Origin: Takakia lepidozioides
Taxonomy: Eukaryota; Plantae; Bryophyta
Assembly (NCBI GenBank): GCA_030704615.1
Contig: CM060733.1
Span: 35,154,001-35,218,000 of the forward strand
Direction of reading: 5' to 3'
Length of the DNA stretch: 64,000 nt
How positions within the stretch are numbered: position 1 is the first letter of the stretch; the number at the start of each line of letters is the position of its first letter. The position numbers and the translations under genes are program-made. Under the pieces are notes generated by a model, which saw only the letters and a list, made by a program, of their open reading frames with translations, was not told the origin of the DNA and did no database searches. Positions 51,249 through 63,757 of the stretch are shown here, in pieces.

Positions 51249-54200
51249 TAGTAGTCTTTGGGTTTTTCCCTCTCGATTCAGCTGGTTGCCTTTTTGAGAA
51301 GTGGTTACTCAACCGCTCTCCACTCGTCTGTTTGGGCTTGTTGTGTTTCTTTCACCCCTGGGCCTGCCAGGGTGGGCTTCCAATGGCTTGTCGAGGCTTT
51401 GTCTATGGTTATTGATTTTATTAGTTCGCTCTAGAGTGTTTCCCCTTTCCTCCCAAAAACTGAAGAAGAATGTCCATGAGAACAAAACAAGAAAAAAATT
51501 GGGGTCCCAAAAACTAGCTACCTCAACTAGAAGAGACTAAATTCAACATTAAGAGATGTTCTAAGGTGGAGACTGCAGACCCATCAATCTGATCCTCATA
51601 ATGGCACACCTCTGTCAGGGCTTGGCTGTCAGTAACAAAGAAACAGACTGTATTATGTATATGGGAGGTACTTAGTGCATGCGGCTGTGAAGAACACTGT
51701 TTTAGTGGGGAGGGGGGGAGCAATAGCATCCTACTCCAGTAGCACGATCTTCAAAATCAACTATCTAATTGAGCAGTTACTTATTGTCCACTGAAGCATT
51801 TTGCCATATCTTCAATTTGATATAGGCGCCAGAATCACATCCAAGCAGCAGGGGTATTCTTGAACTGGGTGCAAGAAATGGAGAGACAACCAATTCCCGA
51901 TTCTATTCAAGAAGACTTCTCTGTGAAGTAGTCTGGTGTGCTACTTCGAAGACTAATAGCCAGCCTCTCTCATCCATCAGCCCACAGTGGGCAGTTCCCT
52001 TGGGTCCCTTTTTTAACCAAAAAGTGAAAGAGAGGTGGTGGGGGCCTCCGGTTGCATGCTCTTGAAAATCTATAACTGCTTGAACGAATGGTTTGCTACA
52101 GGTGATTTTTGCTGGAGACTTTTTCCAGTTGCTTCCAACAGGATAAGCCCCCCAATCAGTTTACAAATAAGGGGGCATTTGAGGCACCAGCATGGAACAA
52201 AGCAAATTTGGAGTGTGTCATGTTGAAAACTGTCTTTCGTCAGGTACACCATCAAAAAAAATTCACCTGATTTGGTGAGGCATAGTATGACAATCTTTAA
52301 AGAATAATACTTGCTCCCTACAGAAAGTGTGGAATCTCTTCCGAATTACAGATTTACAGTAACATGGGTGGGTTCAAATCACGTTGCAGGGTGACATAGA
52401 GTTTGCCGGATGGTGAATGATATCAGAACAGGGGAAAATTCAGAAGCACTGGAGAAATGTGAGGAGGTGCTGGAGGTGCTCGAGACCACTTGAATCAAAT
52501 GAGGGGTCCTGCCAACATTGCTATTTCCGAGGAGAGATGCGTCCTGGGTTCGCCAGAGGGGGTTTGCTGATCACTTTGGAGTGTTTTGCAGGTTTTAGCT
52601 TACAATCAACAATTGCATCTGACCAGAGGGACTTAGTTCGACTTTAGTCCTGGGTTTTTGAGCAAGCAAACAGGAATTATATTCTAGCTCCTTCAAGGAA
52701 ATTTGATATGCTCTCTCAAAAGATCTGAGTAAGAATAATGAAAAGTTTATTGTCCAGCACTAACCAGATTGATGTGGTAATTTGGCTTGGCAGGAACAAG
52801 GATGTGGATAACCTGAATGCAAGTGAGTTACAAAAGCTACCCGAAAGAGAGGTTGTTATTCCTTCAACGGATGTAATCAGGACAGAGGAACAGTGCAAAG
52901 AAGAACATGGAGGAGAAATGAACCAGGAAGAACATCAATCTCAGTTCAACAAATTGAAAGAAAATGTGTTCTGGTCAACCTGCCTGGCCGCTTCAGAAAT
53001 CAGCTTAAAAGTTGGGGCGCAGGTGTGAGATCTGTGTGGATGTTAATTTGTCTGTCATGAGTAGTACATCAAGGGCTCTATGGGCTCAATGTGGAAAGTC
53101 AGATAATATCAACGAAAATTGACGTACAGAGCTTGTAGTACCACAACATTGCTTTTGTCAAGATCCTTGAGACTGAACTACATGTACAAGCACGTTACAA
53201 TATCAGTTGCAGTGAATATATTATTCTGTTCAATGAGGGATCTTCATAGTCAAGACAGAGGACTCGAGAGTTCTTACCAGGAAGAAAACCAATGTGAAGC
53301 TCCTCCAGCAGATCTTGGAACTCTTAACGCCGTCATTATAAGACTCCGATGTGTTGCAGGTGATGCTGTTGCGAAACCTGGAGCTTGGTGGAAGCAGAGA
53401 TATGATGCTGGTAAACGGCTCGCTTGGTGTTGTTGTGAGGTGGAAGTCTAGAAAAGAGTTGTTGTCCCAACCTCCCCCATCCAAACCACAAACCCAGAAG
53501 AGTGGAGACTGAAGCGGGGATATGAAATCTGCAGATAAGTGACATTCAGGAGGTTCCAACTGTGAAGTTCAAAAACGGGCGGGAGGTTGACTGTGTCCCA
53601 GAAGCGTTCACATACCCTGTTTGGAATGTCGATGATTGCACAAGGCTTCAGGTGTACAGAATGCCAATGATCCTTTTCTTGTTGGTTTGTGGAAGGTTGA
53701 TTGATTGTGAACCTGCACATAGTGGCTCTACTACAGATATCCGGAAGATCACTAATTTGTCCACAATATACCAAATTGGAAAGTCAATATGCTATATCAG
53801 GATCTAGGCACTGACAGCTATACCGCAACTGAGTTTCTCCCTGACCTGCTTGTCGTCACAGATGTATGGTTGGATCATGCTTATGCTGGAAAACATATTG
53901 CATTGTTTTCAGGTTCCATTGAAGCTGGCATGGGCCCTAACCATGCATAAGTGCCAAGGTAATTTGGATTTCTTATAAACGTGTGCAGAAGTCTCCATTC
54001 TATGGTTGCCCTTGGTTGGGCACTGAATGTGGATGCCCCTTTGCTTATTTGAGTGAACTTGCTAGGCTACCTTCTTGCTATTTACAGCCATGAAGTATAC
54101 TCAATTCAGAGTCTCTAATACACACTATGGAATATATGCTGGGAGAGCAACTATTGCTATTCAGTTGCCTTTTCAATGTCAGCAGCAGTCTGATGTCTGT

Positions 54201-55698
54201 TTACCAGTGACAATGTGCATCTTTTGCAGTTGACGATGGAATTAGAGCCACAACAGCGATTGAATTGGTGATGGACACTAACAACAAAGATATCTCTGGA
54301 TTCAACAAGGAATGGATGAAGAGTACTTGGCACTCCGAGCGGTTTGGGCCATTCCTTGTTATTACTAGTCACCTGACAAGGAATTCCCTCATTTCCAATA
54401 GAAGTGGACATGAAATACTTTTGGCAATGCTGCAAGTTAAGGTAATTGAACAGTTGGTCCATCCACAACCTGAATATGTTGTGCTACTGCAGCTGTGTTT
54501 ATGGCAGAGATGGCTATGTGATGAAACTTTTTGCAAACCATGTCAAAGAACCCGGTGTTGTTAATGGGATATCATTACATCTAATGCATGCACTTCTCAG
54601 TATCATTGTTCATACTCAAGAGTGCCTTTTTCCGCACCCAGACTTGTTTTGGGAGTCTCTATAATTGAGCTATGGCAAATGTCGTCCTATGAGTACCTAA
54701 TAATTGAGCAGTTCGTTGAGGATGATGAGAGAAGTCTGGAGTGCATTTTGTTAAATCTGCATGTGGATGATGCCATGTGGAAAAATGTGCATAGATTTTC
54801 CGTCCTTATGCTGACAAAAGTTTTCCATGTTTTTGTAGTGCTCTATAGGCTTGTGGAGAGTACGTCATCTCAAGATCTTGCTTCTCAATCTCTCTTCTAT
54901 CAACTTTAAGCAATTGGCTGCAGAAGCATAACTGGTTTTGTCAAACTTTACACCTTTGTGGTCCGAACTGGAGTTTGATATCTGCCTTTGTGATGCTGTG
55001 CAGGAAATGCTGAGAATTGCTGAGAACAAAGAAGAGTCAAGGAAGGCTTGGAATGTTCTGCAGGCTGAAATCAGGTCAGCACGAGTCTAGAAATGATAGT
55101 CTTCAATCTGATTTGAGCTTACAGCGGAGGTCTGAGTATAATTTTACTGCTTTTCTGTTATAAATGTGACACAAGCTGTTAACATTTCCTCAACTTCCAA
55201 GCACACTGGCAGTTGGTTCCATTAACTTCCTCTTAAAACCATGGATCTCGGGTCGGCTGTTGAAATGTTTGCCAGAGCTGTTTTTACTGATTACGTATCC
55301 TTTTCTTGCTTTTTGTAGAACGTTTACTGTTCCTAGTTCACTGAACATAAAGGCCCTTGCTTGCTATTTCAGATTTTTGCAAAAACAATTGAGAAATTTT
55401 CAAGGGGGTACATTTCCAGTTGGGAACAAACTGGAGCTTGTGTTCATGAACAGAAATGTTGCAAAGGTTTCACCATTTGTTGCAGACACTGAACCATTAA
55501 TTAACAGATTCTCATCATCTTAGCTCTGCCAAATTCTGTTTGTCAGCTGTTTTTCTTGTCCACCGGAGAAAGCGTTTATCGGTGTATGCATGTTTGTGCT
55601 CTGCAGCCAAGAAGAGAATAATGTCCAGGAGCAGTGACCGCGTACTTCACCACCAGTATCGCCTTCTCTATCTTTCTCACCATCCTCTGGAGACAACA
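51249..55698 (+). pseudogene. PIF1: PIF1 locus 3' portion, copy C (5'-truncated)
   Basis: Reverse complement of 5149-9589, including LKVGAQV, LVNGSLGVV and VPLKLAWALTMHKCQG exons. Confidence 0.78.
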
Positions 55699-58600
55699 TG
55701 TAGAAAATCTAGAACAGCACCTGCAGACTAGTTGGCACTCTGCATGGCCTTTGTTCACATAGAGTACTCAATATACCTATGGCTAGAAAATGCCACAATC
55801 CACTTTTTGATTCTGCCGCCTACAAGTTTGCCACTCATACACATATGGCCTACTATGTGTTAACTTTACTCATAGCCAAGCATGTTCATGTGTTCCTGCC
55901 TTAACCCATGCTAGGTATGGAAGCTAGGTATATAGTCTCTCCATTTGCATTAACGTTCATCTCAGTGTGTGCAAAGTGTGAGGCTAGCTTCCCTACTTCA
56001 CTACTGTGATCTGAATCTGAGGCTAGCTTATGTAGTTCATGACTGTGATCTGAATCTACAGCAACACTACTCGTGTTCTTTGTGGCATTCCGTGTCTGGT
56101 GCAAGTCTGTCCCTAACCACCCTAGTTAGTATTTTCTATAGGTTATGGGCCCACAACCCTTGTAGCTTCCATAGATAGGCTTGTAACTATTGTGAACCAT
56201 TCTTTTCTTCTGACTTCCACTAGCACATTACTCTGCGTTATCTTCTCTCTGCAGTAGTTTAAAATTGATCTCGATCTCAGCCAAAAATGCCCGCCAGGAA
56301 TGATCCATTGAGGGCCGTGGGTCACCGGAGACAACTTCGGCATGTGGAAATTCGAGATGAGTGTCATGCTTCGTGCCAAGAAGCTACTTGATATAATTGA
56401 CGGGATTGCCATCAGAGAGGATGCAGCGAATGAAGATGAGTGGACTGATAAAGATAATATTTGTCAATCCTTCATTTGTTCTTCTAAGGATACTAAGTTT
56501 TTGCGGCAATTGATGATGTGCAGGTCCTCCCAACAGATGTGGTGACGCCTTTGCACCGTGCATGAGCAAAACGCCGAAAACCTGCCGTTGCTCGAGCAGA
56601 AGTTCTTCGATTTCCATGAAATCCGATGATAACATTGCCGACCGCATCAGCACCATTGAGGTCATGGCGAACCAGCTCAATGATCTCGGAGAGCCCATTT
56701 CAGATCAAGCCGTCATGACCAAGATCATAGGCACTTTGCCACAAAGTTATAGGTATTTGGTCTCTGCATGGGACAGCGTCCCCGCCGATCAGCAGACCCT
56801 CAAAATCCTCACCCTTCGATTGCTGAAGGAGGAAGGTCGCAATCGTGTACATGATGTATCCGAGGAAGAAGTGACAAAGCATTTTTTCTCTAGCCGCCCA
56901 AGCAGCAGCAGCAGCATGCAGAAAGCTGCCACAGCTGAGGAGGGAATTAAGCGTGCCCAACGAATAGCTGAGCTTAAGAAGAGGACCAGATGCAATTATT
57001 GTCATTGCAAAGGTCACTGGGAAAGGGAATGTGAAAAGAAGAAACAAGATGAGAAATCTAGGAGTGAAGCGAAAATCATCGCCTCTGAAGAATCCAACAA
57101 CGCTGCCTTTGTCACAATCACCAACGAATCTAGCAGCAGCAAGTTTGCCAGTATTTGGTATGCGGATGGTGGTGCCACGGAGCATATGACAGATAATCTC
57201 GAGTGGTTTGACACTCTTGAGGAGATTTGTCCCGATAAGTGGCCAGTTATGATTGCCGATAACAGGAAGCTTTGGGTCTGCGGTGTCGGCAACATTGTAA
57301 TCCGATGCCTGGTTGATGAAAATTGCTGCTGATAAAGGATTTGTGACCACCTACAGGCGAGGGGAATGTTTCCTCACTAGCCAAGAAGGACGAGGCAAAG
57401 TTGTGTTGACTGACATTCAATCTGACAAACTGTATGGATTGTAGCTTAGGGCGGTGAAGCCCACAAGCAAGGCCAATGTTGCCCTCACCAATCCAGATTT
57501 GACTCCCAATGGGAAAATGCCTACTACCAAAAGCTTCGGTGTGTGGCACGAGCGTTTTGGGCATGTCAACAACAACAACATGATATTCAGATGGTGAAGA
57601 ACGACGTGGTTATAGGTCTGCAGCTTGCAACCAAGGACTGTGAGCCTGGTCTGTGCGAAGGTTGTGCCTTCGGAAAGACCAGAAGTAGCCATTCCCAGTC
57701 CGTTCATCGGCACTCCGCGCACAAAAAGCTGGCGAATTCTTCCACAGTGATGTTTGTGGGCCCATGAGTGTCAACTCATTTGGAGGGGCATGATACTTTG
57801 CTCTTTTTAAGGATGATTTTAGTGGATACCGTTTTGTGTATTGCATCCGTAATATACTTTGCTATTTTTAAGGATGATTTTAGTGGATACCGTTTTGTGT
57901 ATTGCATCCCTAATAAATCAAAGGTCTTCGACGCCTTCAAGCAGCTTGAAGCGACAACTTTGAGAGAGACTCGGAACCGGATTTCAAAGCTATGTAGTGA
58001 CAGGGGAGGCGAGTATTTGAGCACCGAGTTCACCAGATACGCCGGGATTCGCCATGAGACCACCACAACATACTCCCCCGAGCAGAACGGATCTGCAGAG
58101 TGAGAGACTAGAACCCTGGTCGAGTCTATTCGCAGCATGCTACATGCCAAGAGATTAAGCTTGCAATTTTGGGGGGAGGCGGCTTAAACGGCAGCCTACG
58201 TACTCAACCGTTCAGGTTCCTGAGTTCACAACGGAGTGACACCCTACGTATTATGGATAGGCCATAAACCCACTGTGGGTCATTTACCTGTGTTCGGGAG
58301 CATTGCCTATGCACACATCCCCAAAGAGCTCATAAAGAAACTAGATTCTAAGAGCCTTAGGACCATTTTTGTTGGGTGTTTCTCCCACTCTAAGGCCTAT
58401 CGTCTCTGGGATGCCAAGAAACATCGAATTATGATATGCCGCGACGTCTTTTTTGACGAGTTCTCATTAACCCATGACGCTGCCAATCGCCTCGATGAAG
58501 CATCAGGACTATTCTACGAAGTCATGCATGAAGATCATCAACCAGCGGCTATTGATGAGTCCGCTCCGGCCACTGCAGCCGAACCACTTGAGACTCCTGC

Positions 58601-59700
58601 CGAAGAAGAAGTTGTGGTTCAAGAGCTTAACTTGGCCAACCAAGCTCCCAACAGTGATGGTGATCAATTGGCTAATCAGCAGCCCCATGGACGACCCCAA
58701 CGACTTCGGGGACCACCTGAGAGGCTTAAAGATTACTACGTGAGCTCCTTTGCAGGCGTTGTAGAAACCAACAGCTTGCCAGAAGAGCCTGTCACATTTT
58801 CTGAGCTGTCCTGATTCTGCTGAATGGCAAAAAGGCAAGAATTCCAGTCCTTAATACGAAACCTGGGTCTTGACACACTTACCTCCTGGCCGCAAGGCCA
58901 TTTTCGTGTAAGTGGATATACAAAATAAAGACAACATCTACAAGGGCCATTGCAAAATACGAGGCTCGACTCGTGGCCAAAGGCTACAACCAACAATATG
59001 GCGTGGACTACGATCAAATGTTTTCCCCAGTTGTTAAATATGAGCCGATCAGGACTGTGCTCTCCATTGCTGCCCAGCAAGATATAGACATTGTCCAATT
59101 CGATATAAAGACAACATTTTTGTACGGGCACTTGGAGGAGGAAATCTACATGCTACAGCCTAAAGGCTTTGCAACCCCTGGGGATGAAGCAGGGAAGGTT
59201 TGCCGTTTACGCGAGAGTCTTTACGGGCTCAAACAATCTTCCAGGGTTTAGAATCAGAAAGTTCACAATTTCCTCACACAGTAAGATCTGCACCCTACTG
59301 ATGCGGATCCTTGCGTATACTCTAGTCGGCTGCTGCCTCTTCTCTTCACGACCATCTTTGTTGACAACGGCCTTGGGTGTTGCATTCACACGGACAAACT
59401 GACATGTATGATCTCGCACATGGAAAAAGAATTTGAAGTCTCTACATCTGTTGCAGACGTGTATGTTGGTCTCCACATCATCATACGAGATCTTGCGCAT
59501 AAGCTTTTTTGGATTGACCAATCCATCTATGTCAAGAAAATTCTCCATGCTTTGGGTTTGACCACTGCACACCTGTTACCGCTCCAGCAGACCCCAACGT
59601 CCAACTCGATGATACCTTGGATTGTCTAAGCGATTCAGACCTGTCATTTCCTTACTCGAAGCAGTGTGTTACTACTTATGCGCACTAAATTATCCAAGGT
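55699..59700 (+). mobile_element. Ty1/Copia element copy C
   Basis: LTR 55699-56140; PBS GGTTATGGGCCCA 56141-56153; gag-PR-IN-RT fragments, most ORFs identical to copy A; 61-bp tandem duplication in integrase at ~57794-57910. Confidence 0.93.
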
Positions 59701-59746
59701 CAGGAGTGTTTTGAGAATGGCTTTGCATTTCAGGCAAAAGAGAGTT

Positions 59747-60876
59747 CACCCCCTTGCGTTGATGGCACCCTAAAAAACCTAAAGGACTGCCGTCAGAAAT
59801 TTTTGGACTGCGCACGGACACCCAAAATTTTGATGGTTTGGGGCCCTCCAGCAGGGTTGACTTTACCACGTGGCAGGCAAATGGGGCTGAGTCTCGGCAT
59901 TTGCGGGCGAAGGGTTTGTCAGCAGGGGCCCACAAAATTAACGGGCTCACACAAAACAGTTCATCGCTTTAGATGGCGTGGCCCCTTTTCCTTGCCGCGA
60001 TTATCTGAGCCGATAGTCGGCCTGAGTTTGGATTCAAGTAGGAAATCCTTTCTTTTGCAATCTCTGCCTGTAAATAGCTTAGGATGGTTTCATTTCTTTT
60101 CAGGGTAGTGAGTATGAAGGCAAGTCCGTTCCCCTTTATCGTCAAAAAAAAGAAAAAAAGGCAAGCAAGAGCATGAAGAGGAGTTTTGTTTCCTCAAAAA
60201 TTGGGACACGTTTAGGGTGATTTGGGGAGAAATGGCCATTTTTACCCCCTTGTTTTCCCATACAAAGCAACCATTTTGAATTTTTGGCATTTTGCTCTAG
60301 ATTTTTGGGTGGACATGCTGTAGGTGCCATACAATTAGAATCTGGGTACAGCCTGTATCAGAGCAAATTCTAAATGGTAAGCCATGTGCTTGGTCAAACC
60401 AATTTTCCACTAACGGTCAGTAGCTCAGTTGGTTAGTGCGCACCGAGTGACACCCAGATGTTTCTCGGGTCAAATCCTGCTACATGAGGGGTGCGGTATG
60501 CTCTCCTCCCCTTCCCTTGGGCAGTGTCCCATCAGAAAGCCTTCACTGCGAGGTTACTATGAAAGAGGTTATTTTCTCCTCTCAGTATTAAGGGGCCTGA
60601 TTTGTGAGCTGTCACTCCCAGGTGTTTCCCTTCATTTCTTAAAAAACAAACTCACTATGAAAACGGTAAATGGTAAAGAAAAATGGTAGGAAATTTGGCC
60701 TAGCTAATAATCTTCCTAATTAGACGGTCAAATCTCCTGAGATTTTTACATGAGGTGCATGAAGTAGGTAGGATCACTTTGGTACGGTGGGATGTGTGTC
60801 AAATGAGAGATAAGCTTATACCCTCACCCATGAGGGTATGTCTGGTTTTGGACAGGGCCCACAAAAAGCAGGCTCG
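59747..60876 (+). repeat. Dispersed repeat copy C, upstream of the intact BAHD
   Basis: Reverse complement of 1-1094 and 42622-43736; homologous to 29310-30104. Confidence 0.8.
60413..60652 (+). mobile_element. tRNA-derived SINE (copy C)
   Basis: A-box TAGCTCAGTTGG 60421-60432; B-box-like GGTCAAATCC 60468-60477; tail AAAAAACAAA 60641-60650; CACTA duplication at 60408-60412 and 60653-60657. Confidence 0.78.
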
Positions 60877-61367
60877 TCCTTTAGGGGTAAGGCCCCTAAG
60901 GACAAGGCCCTGCGTGTAGGGTATAGGGCAAAGTTTTGGCAAGTGAATAAGCGCTTTACCATTTGGCGGGTCCCACTTCCAGACCAACCTCATTACGACG
61001 AGGGCCCACAAAATTCAGAGGCTCCTCCAAATCCCATCAACTTTATTGGAGCCTATAGAAGAGGTGCCGGCGAAGACCAGCACTGCTTAGCAGTTCATCA
61101 TGTTTTCAGGGGCGTTGTAGCTTGAATGCTTCTGGCCAACAGTCACAAGCAAGAACGATATCGAGGATAGGCAGAGGCTGAAAGTTGTACAGCTGTAAGC
61201 TCAAGTCCGAAGATGTGCAACTAGGTCAGGAACGAGGAAGGTCCGAAGTATCTCACCTCGTAATTCCGTTTTGGGGTTTTTTGAATGCTCTCAGCTTCCG
61301 AAACATCTTGGACATCCAGATTTGAAGTTCTCGCTTCCATTCTGGACGAAAAAAACTTCAGGAAAGC

Positions 61368-63064
61368 ATGGACATCGTAGCTGAGCCCAAGCTCCAAGTG
61401 ATCTTGAAAGACCCAACTTTGGTTGTACCAGCTGTTCCTACTAGAAATCATGTGATGTATCTTTCCAACATGGATCAGCCCCTGCTTTTTACAATGAACG
61501 CTGTTTCATTGTATCATGCCAATCCTACCGTAAACCATGACAATGTAGCAAAAGCGATGAGAGAGGCACTTTCGAAGGTACTTGTCCCGTATTACCCTCT
61601 AGCAGGAAGGCTTCAGATCAGTTTGGAGGGGGAACTCGAACTCAACTGTAATGGCAAAGGGGTCGTGTTTGTGGAAGCTGAGGCAGATGCCGACATATCT
61701 GACTTGGAAAAATGCACCGAGCCTGGCAAGCCCGATCCGAGATTGATGCAACTGGTCTTCTTTGTTCCAGAGGCAAAGAATCAGGACGCATTGCATCAGC
61801 AACTTGTGACCCCTGCGTTGGTTATTCAGGTAACTCATAGCTGATGTCAAAATTTTGTTTCATGGTTGCCATATATGCATCGCATGTAGTGCCCGATTAA
61901 AACTTCCTGCACACTGTAAGTATTTTTAAAACTTTCCAGAATAGAGGAAATTTTGATTAACGCATACTAGATTAGGATGTGAACGCATCTTTCCTCAAAT
62001 GCCTGCACTCTTAATGAGTCCAATTGGCACTGATTTGCTCAGTAAATAGACGGCGACCGAACTAGTCTTTTAGATTCATATAATATGTCACAATATTGTA
62101 TGTCGGACATGCTCACTACTGCATGTCTGAGTCCTCAACTTGAATCAGAAACAGCTAAGTTTTTGTTGAATCCCCCCCTCCGTGCTAGCAGGCGACAAGG
62201 TTCAGGTGTGGTGGGTTCGCATTCGGCGTGGGCCTTAACCATGCGTTTATGGACGGCATCGCATTCATACAGTTCCTACATGCTTGGGCTGCTATAGTGC
62301 GTGGAGACAGTACCCCTTTGAGTGCTCCATTCTTAGACCGTACAATCTTTCGCCCACGAACTCCACGTCAGATTGACTTTCCACACCATGAATATGACGA
62401 GATGGATCTGGCAGAAAATGTCTTGGGTGATGATTTTGTATACAACACTTTCCATTTCACCCGTGAAACCCTCACAGAGTTAAGACAACAAATATTGGGA
62501 CAGCCTGGGGGATATGTGAGCAAGTGCTCCACTTTTGAGACGCTCGCAGCCCATGTTTGGCGCGCGCGCACGAAAGCACTTGGAATGGAGCCATCCCAAG
62601 AAACCAGACTCCTCGTGGCAGTTGACGTTCGTTCAAAGTTTTCTCCGCCCGTTCCGTCCGACTATGTTGGTAACTCATCTTATGCAGCTTGCGCTATGAC
62701 CACAGCTGATGAGCTCCTATCCAAGCCTCTGTCTTATGCAGTGGGCCTTATACAAGAAGGGATTGCTTTGATCACAGACAAATACTTGAGATCCGTACTT
62801 GATTACATGGAGGACGTAAAGAAGAGGCCAACTTCGGTCAATTACTCATTTGCAATTTCCGACTGGTCCCGATTGCCGTACTATGAGCTTGACCTTGGGT
62901 GGGGAAAGCCATTTTACAATGGACCTCTCACTCGAGGCCTGCCGCCTGAGGCAGTTTACTTTACATTGCCAGATGGAAGTGAGGGGGAAAAGAAAAATTT
63001 GAAAGTGCTGATCGGACTCCCTCCGAGAGCTATGGAGAAGTTTATAGAGGCAATACGTATTTGA
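61368..63064 (+). CDS. BAHD acyltransferase, intact, 444 aa (exons 61368-61829 and 62192-63064); clade V (HHT/feruloyl/benzoyl-transferase)-like
   Basis: LSNMDQ; LSKVLVPYYPLAGRL; CNGKGVVFVEAEAD; conserved phase-0 intron after Q (IQ|ATRFRCGG, GT...AG); HXXXD motif HAFMD; STFETLAAHVWRARTKAL; DFGWG variant DLGWG; in-frame to TGA. Confidence 0.95.
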
Positions 63065-63757
63065 ATTGCAGCTCGTCTTTAGTTACTAATCACTTACTAC
63101 CATATCGTAGAAAAAGGCGTGTATCTCGCAGCTGGGATATGTCGAGAGCATCTTGTAAATGCAGTAGCACGCACAGACATAGCACGTCGTGTAGAATCAT
63201 GAGAGCACTGAGAGAATGCTAGCATGTGGCATTCTCTCATGAGTGTATGACTCTCATGCAGTCAGTAGCAGACTCTCATTCATTAGCAGTCAGTGGTTGC
63301 TAAGAGGCTCTACTCTGAAACTTCCTGCCCAAGAAATCTTTGTATCTCTCTAGTAGATTTGTGACCTGTGACACTCTTCAACACATGAATGTACAAAATG
63401 TGCCAAGAACATGAGCTATTATTATGCAGACCGTGACAAGTTTATGACCATTTGCTCATAGATCTCGAAAGACTCTCGATCATCGCCTTCCATGACACCA
63501 TATTTCATTGAGCCATATTGTTGAAAAATTCTATCACCCTGGACCTTGCTACTTACAGGAGCCCATTTTGCTTGAACAGCACATGCTTAATATGGATAAT
63601 GTCAGTCTTTCCCTCACAGAAAACTGCATAGCACTTTCTCACATGACACCCCAGACATTGCGCAAGTGGCAAAATTACTAGATCCAAGAAGGAACTTAGT
63701 ACTAACTATTGCATGATGTGGCGGTAATTTGTTTGATCCGTCCTAGTAAACTTGGGA

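Noticed and set aside
60413-60485. Functional tRNA gene
   Set aside because: Acceptor and anticodon stems do not pair properly, and it continues into a ~170-bp body with an A-tail and target duplication, so it is a SINE head.
60408-60657. CACTA DNA transposon
   Set aside because: The two CACTA motifs are direct rather than inverted repeats, and the empty site shows a single CACTA, so this is a target duplication.
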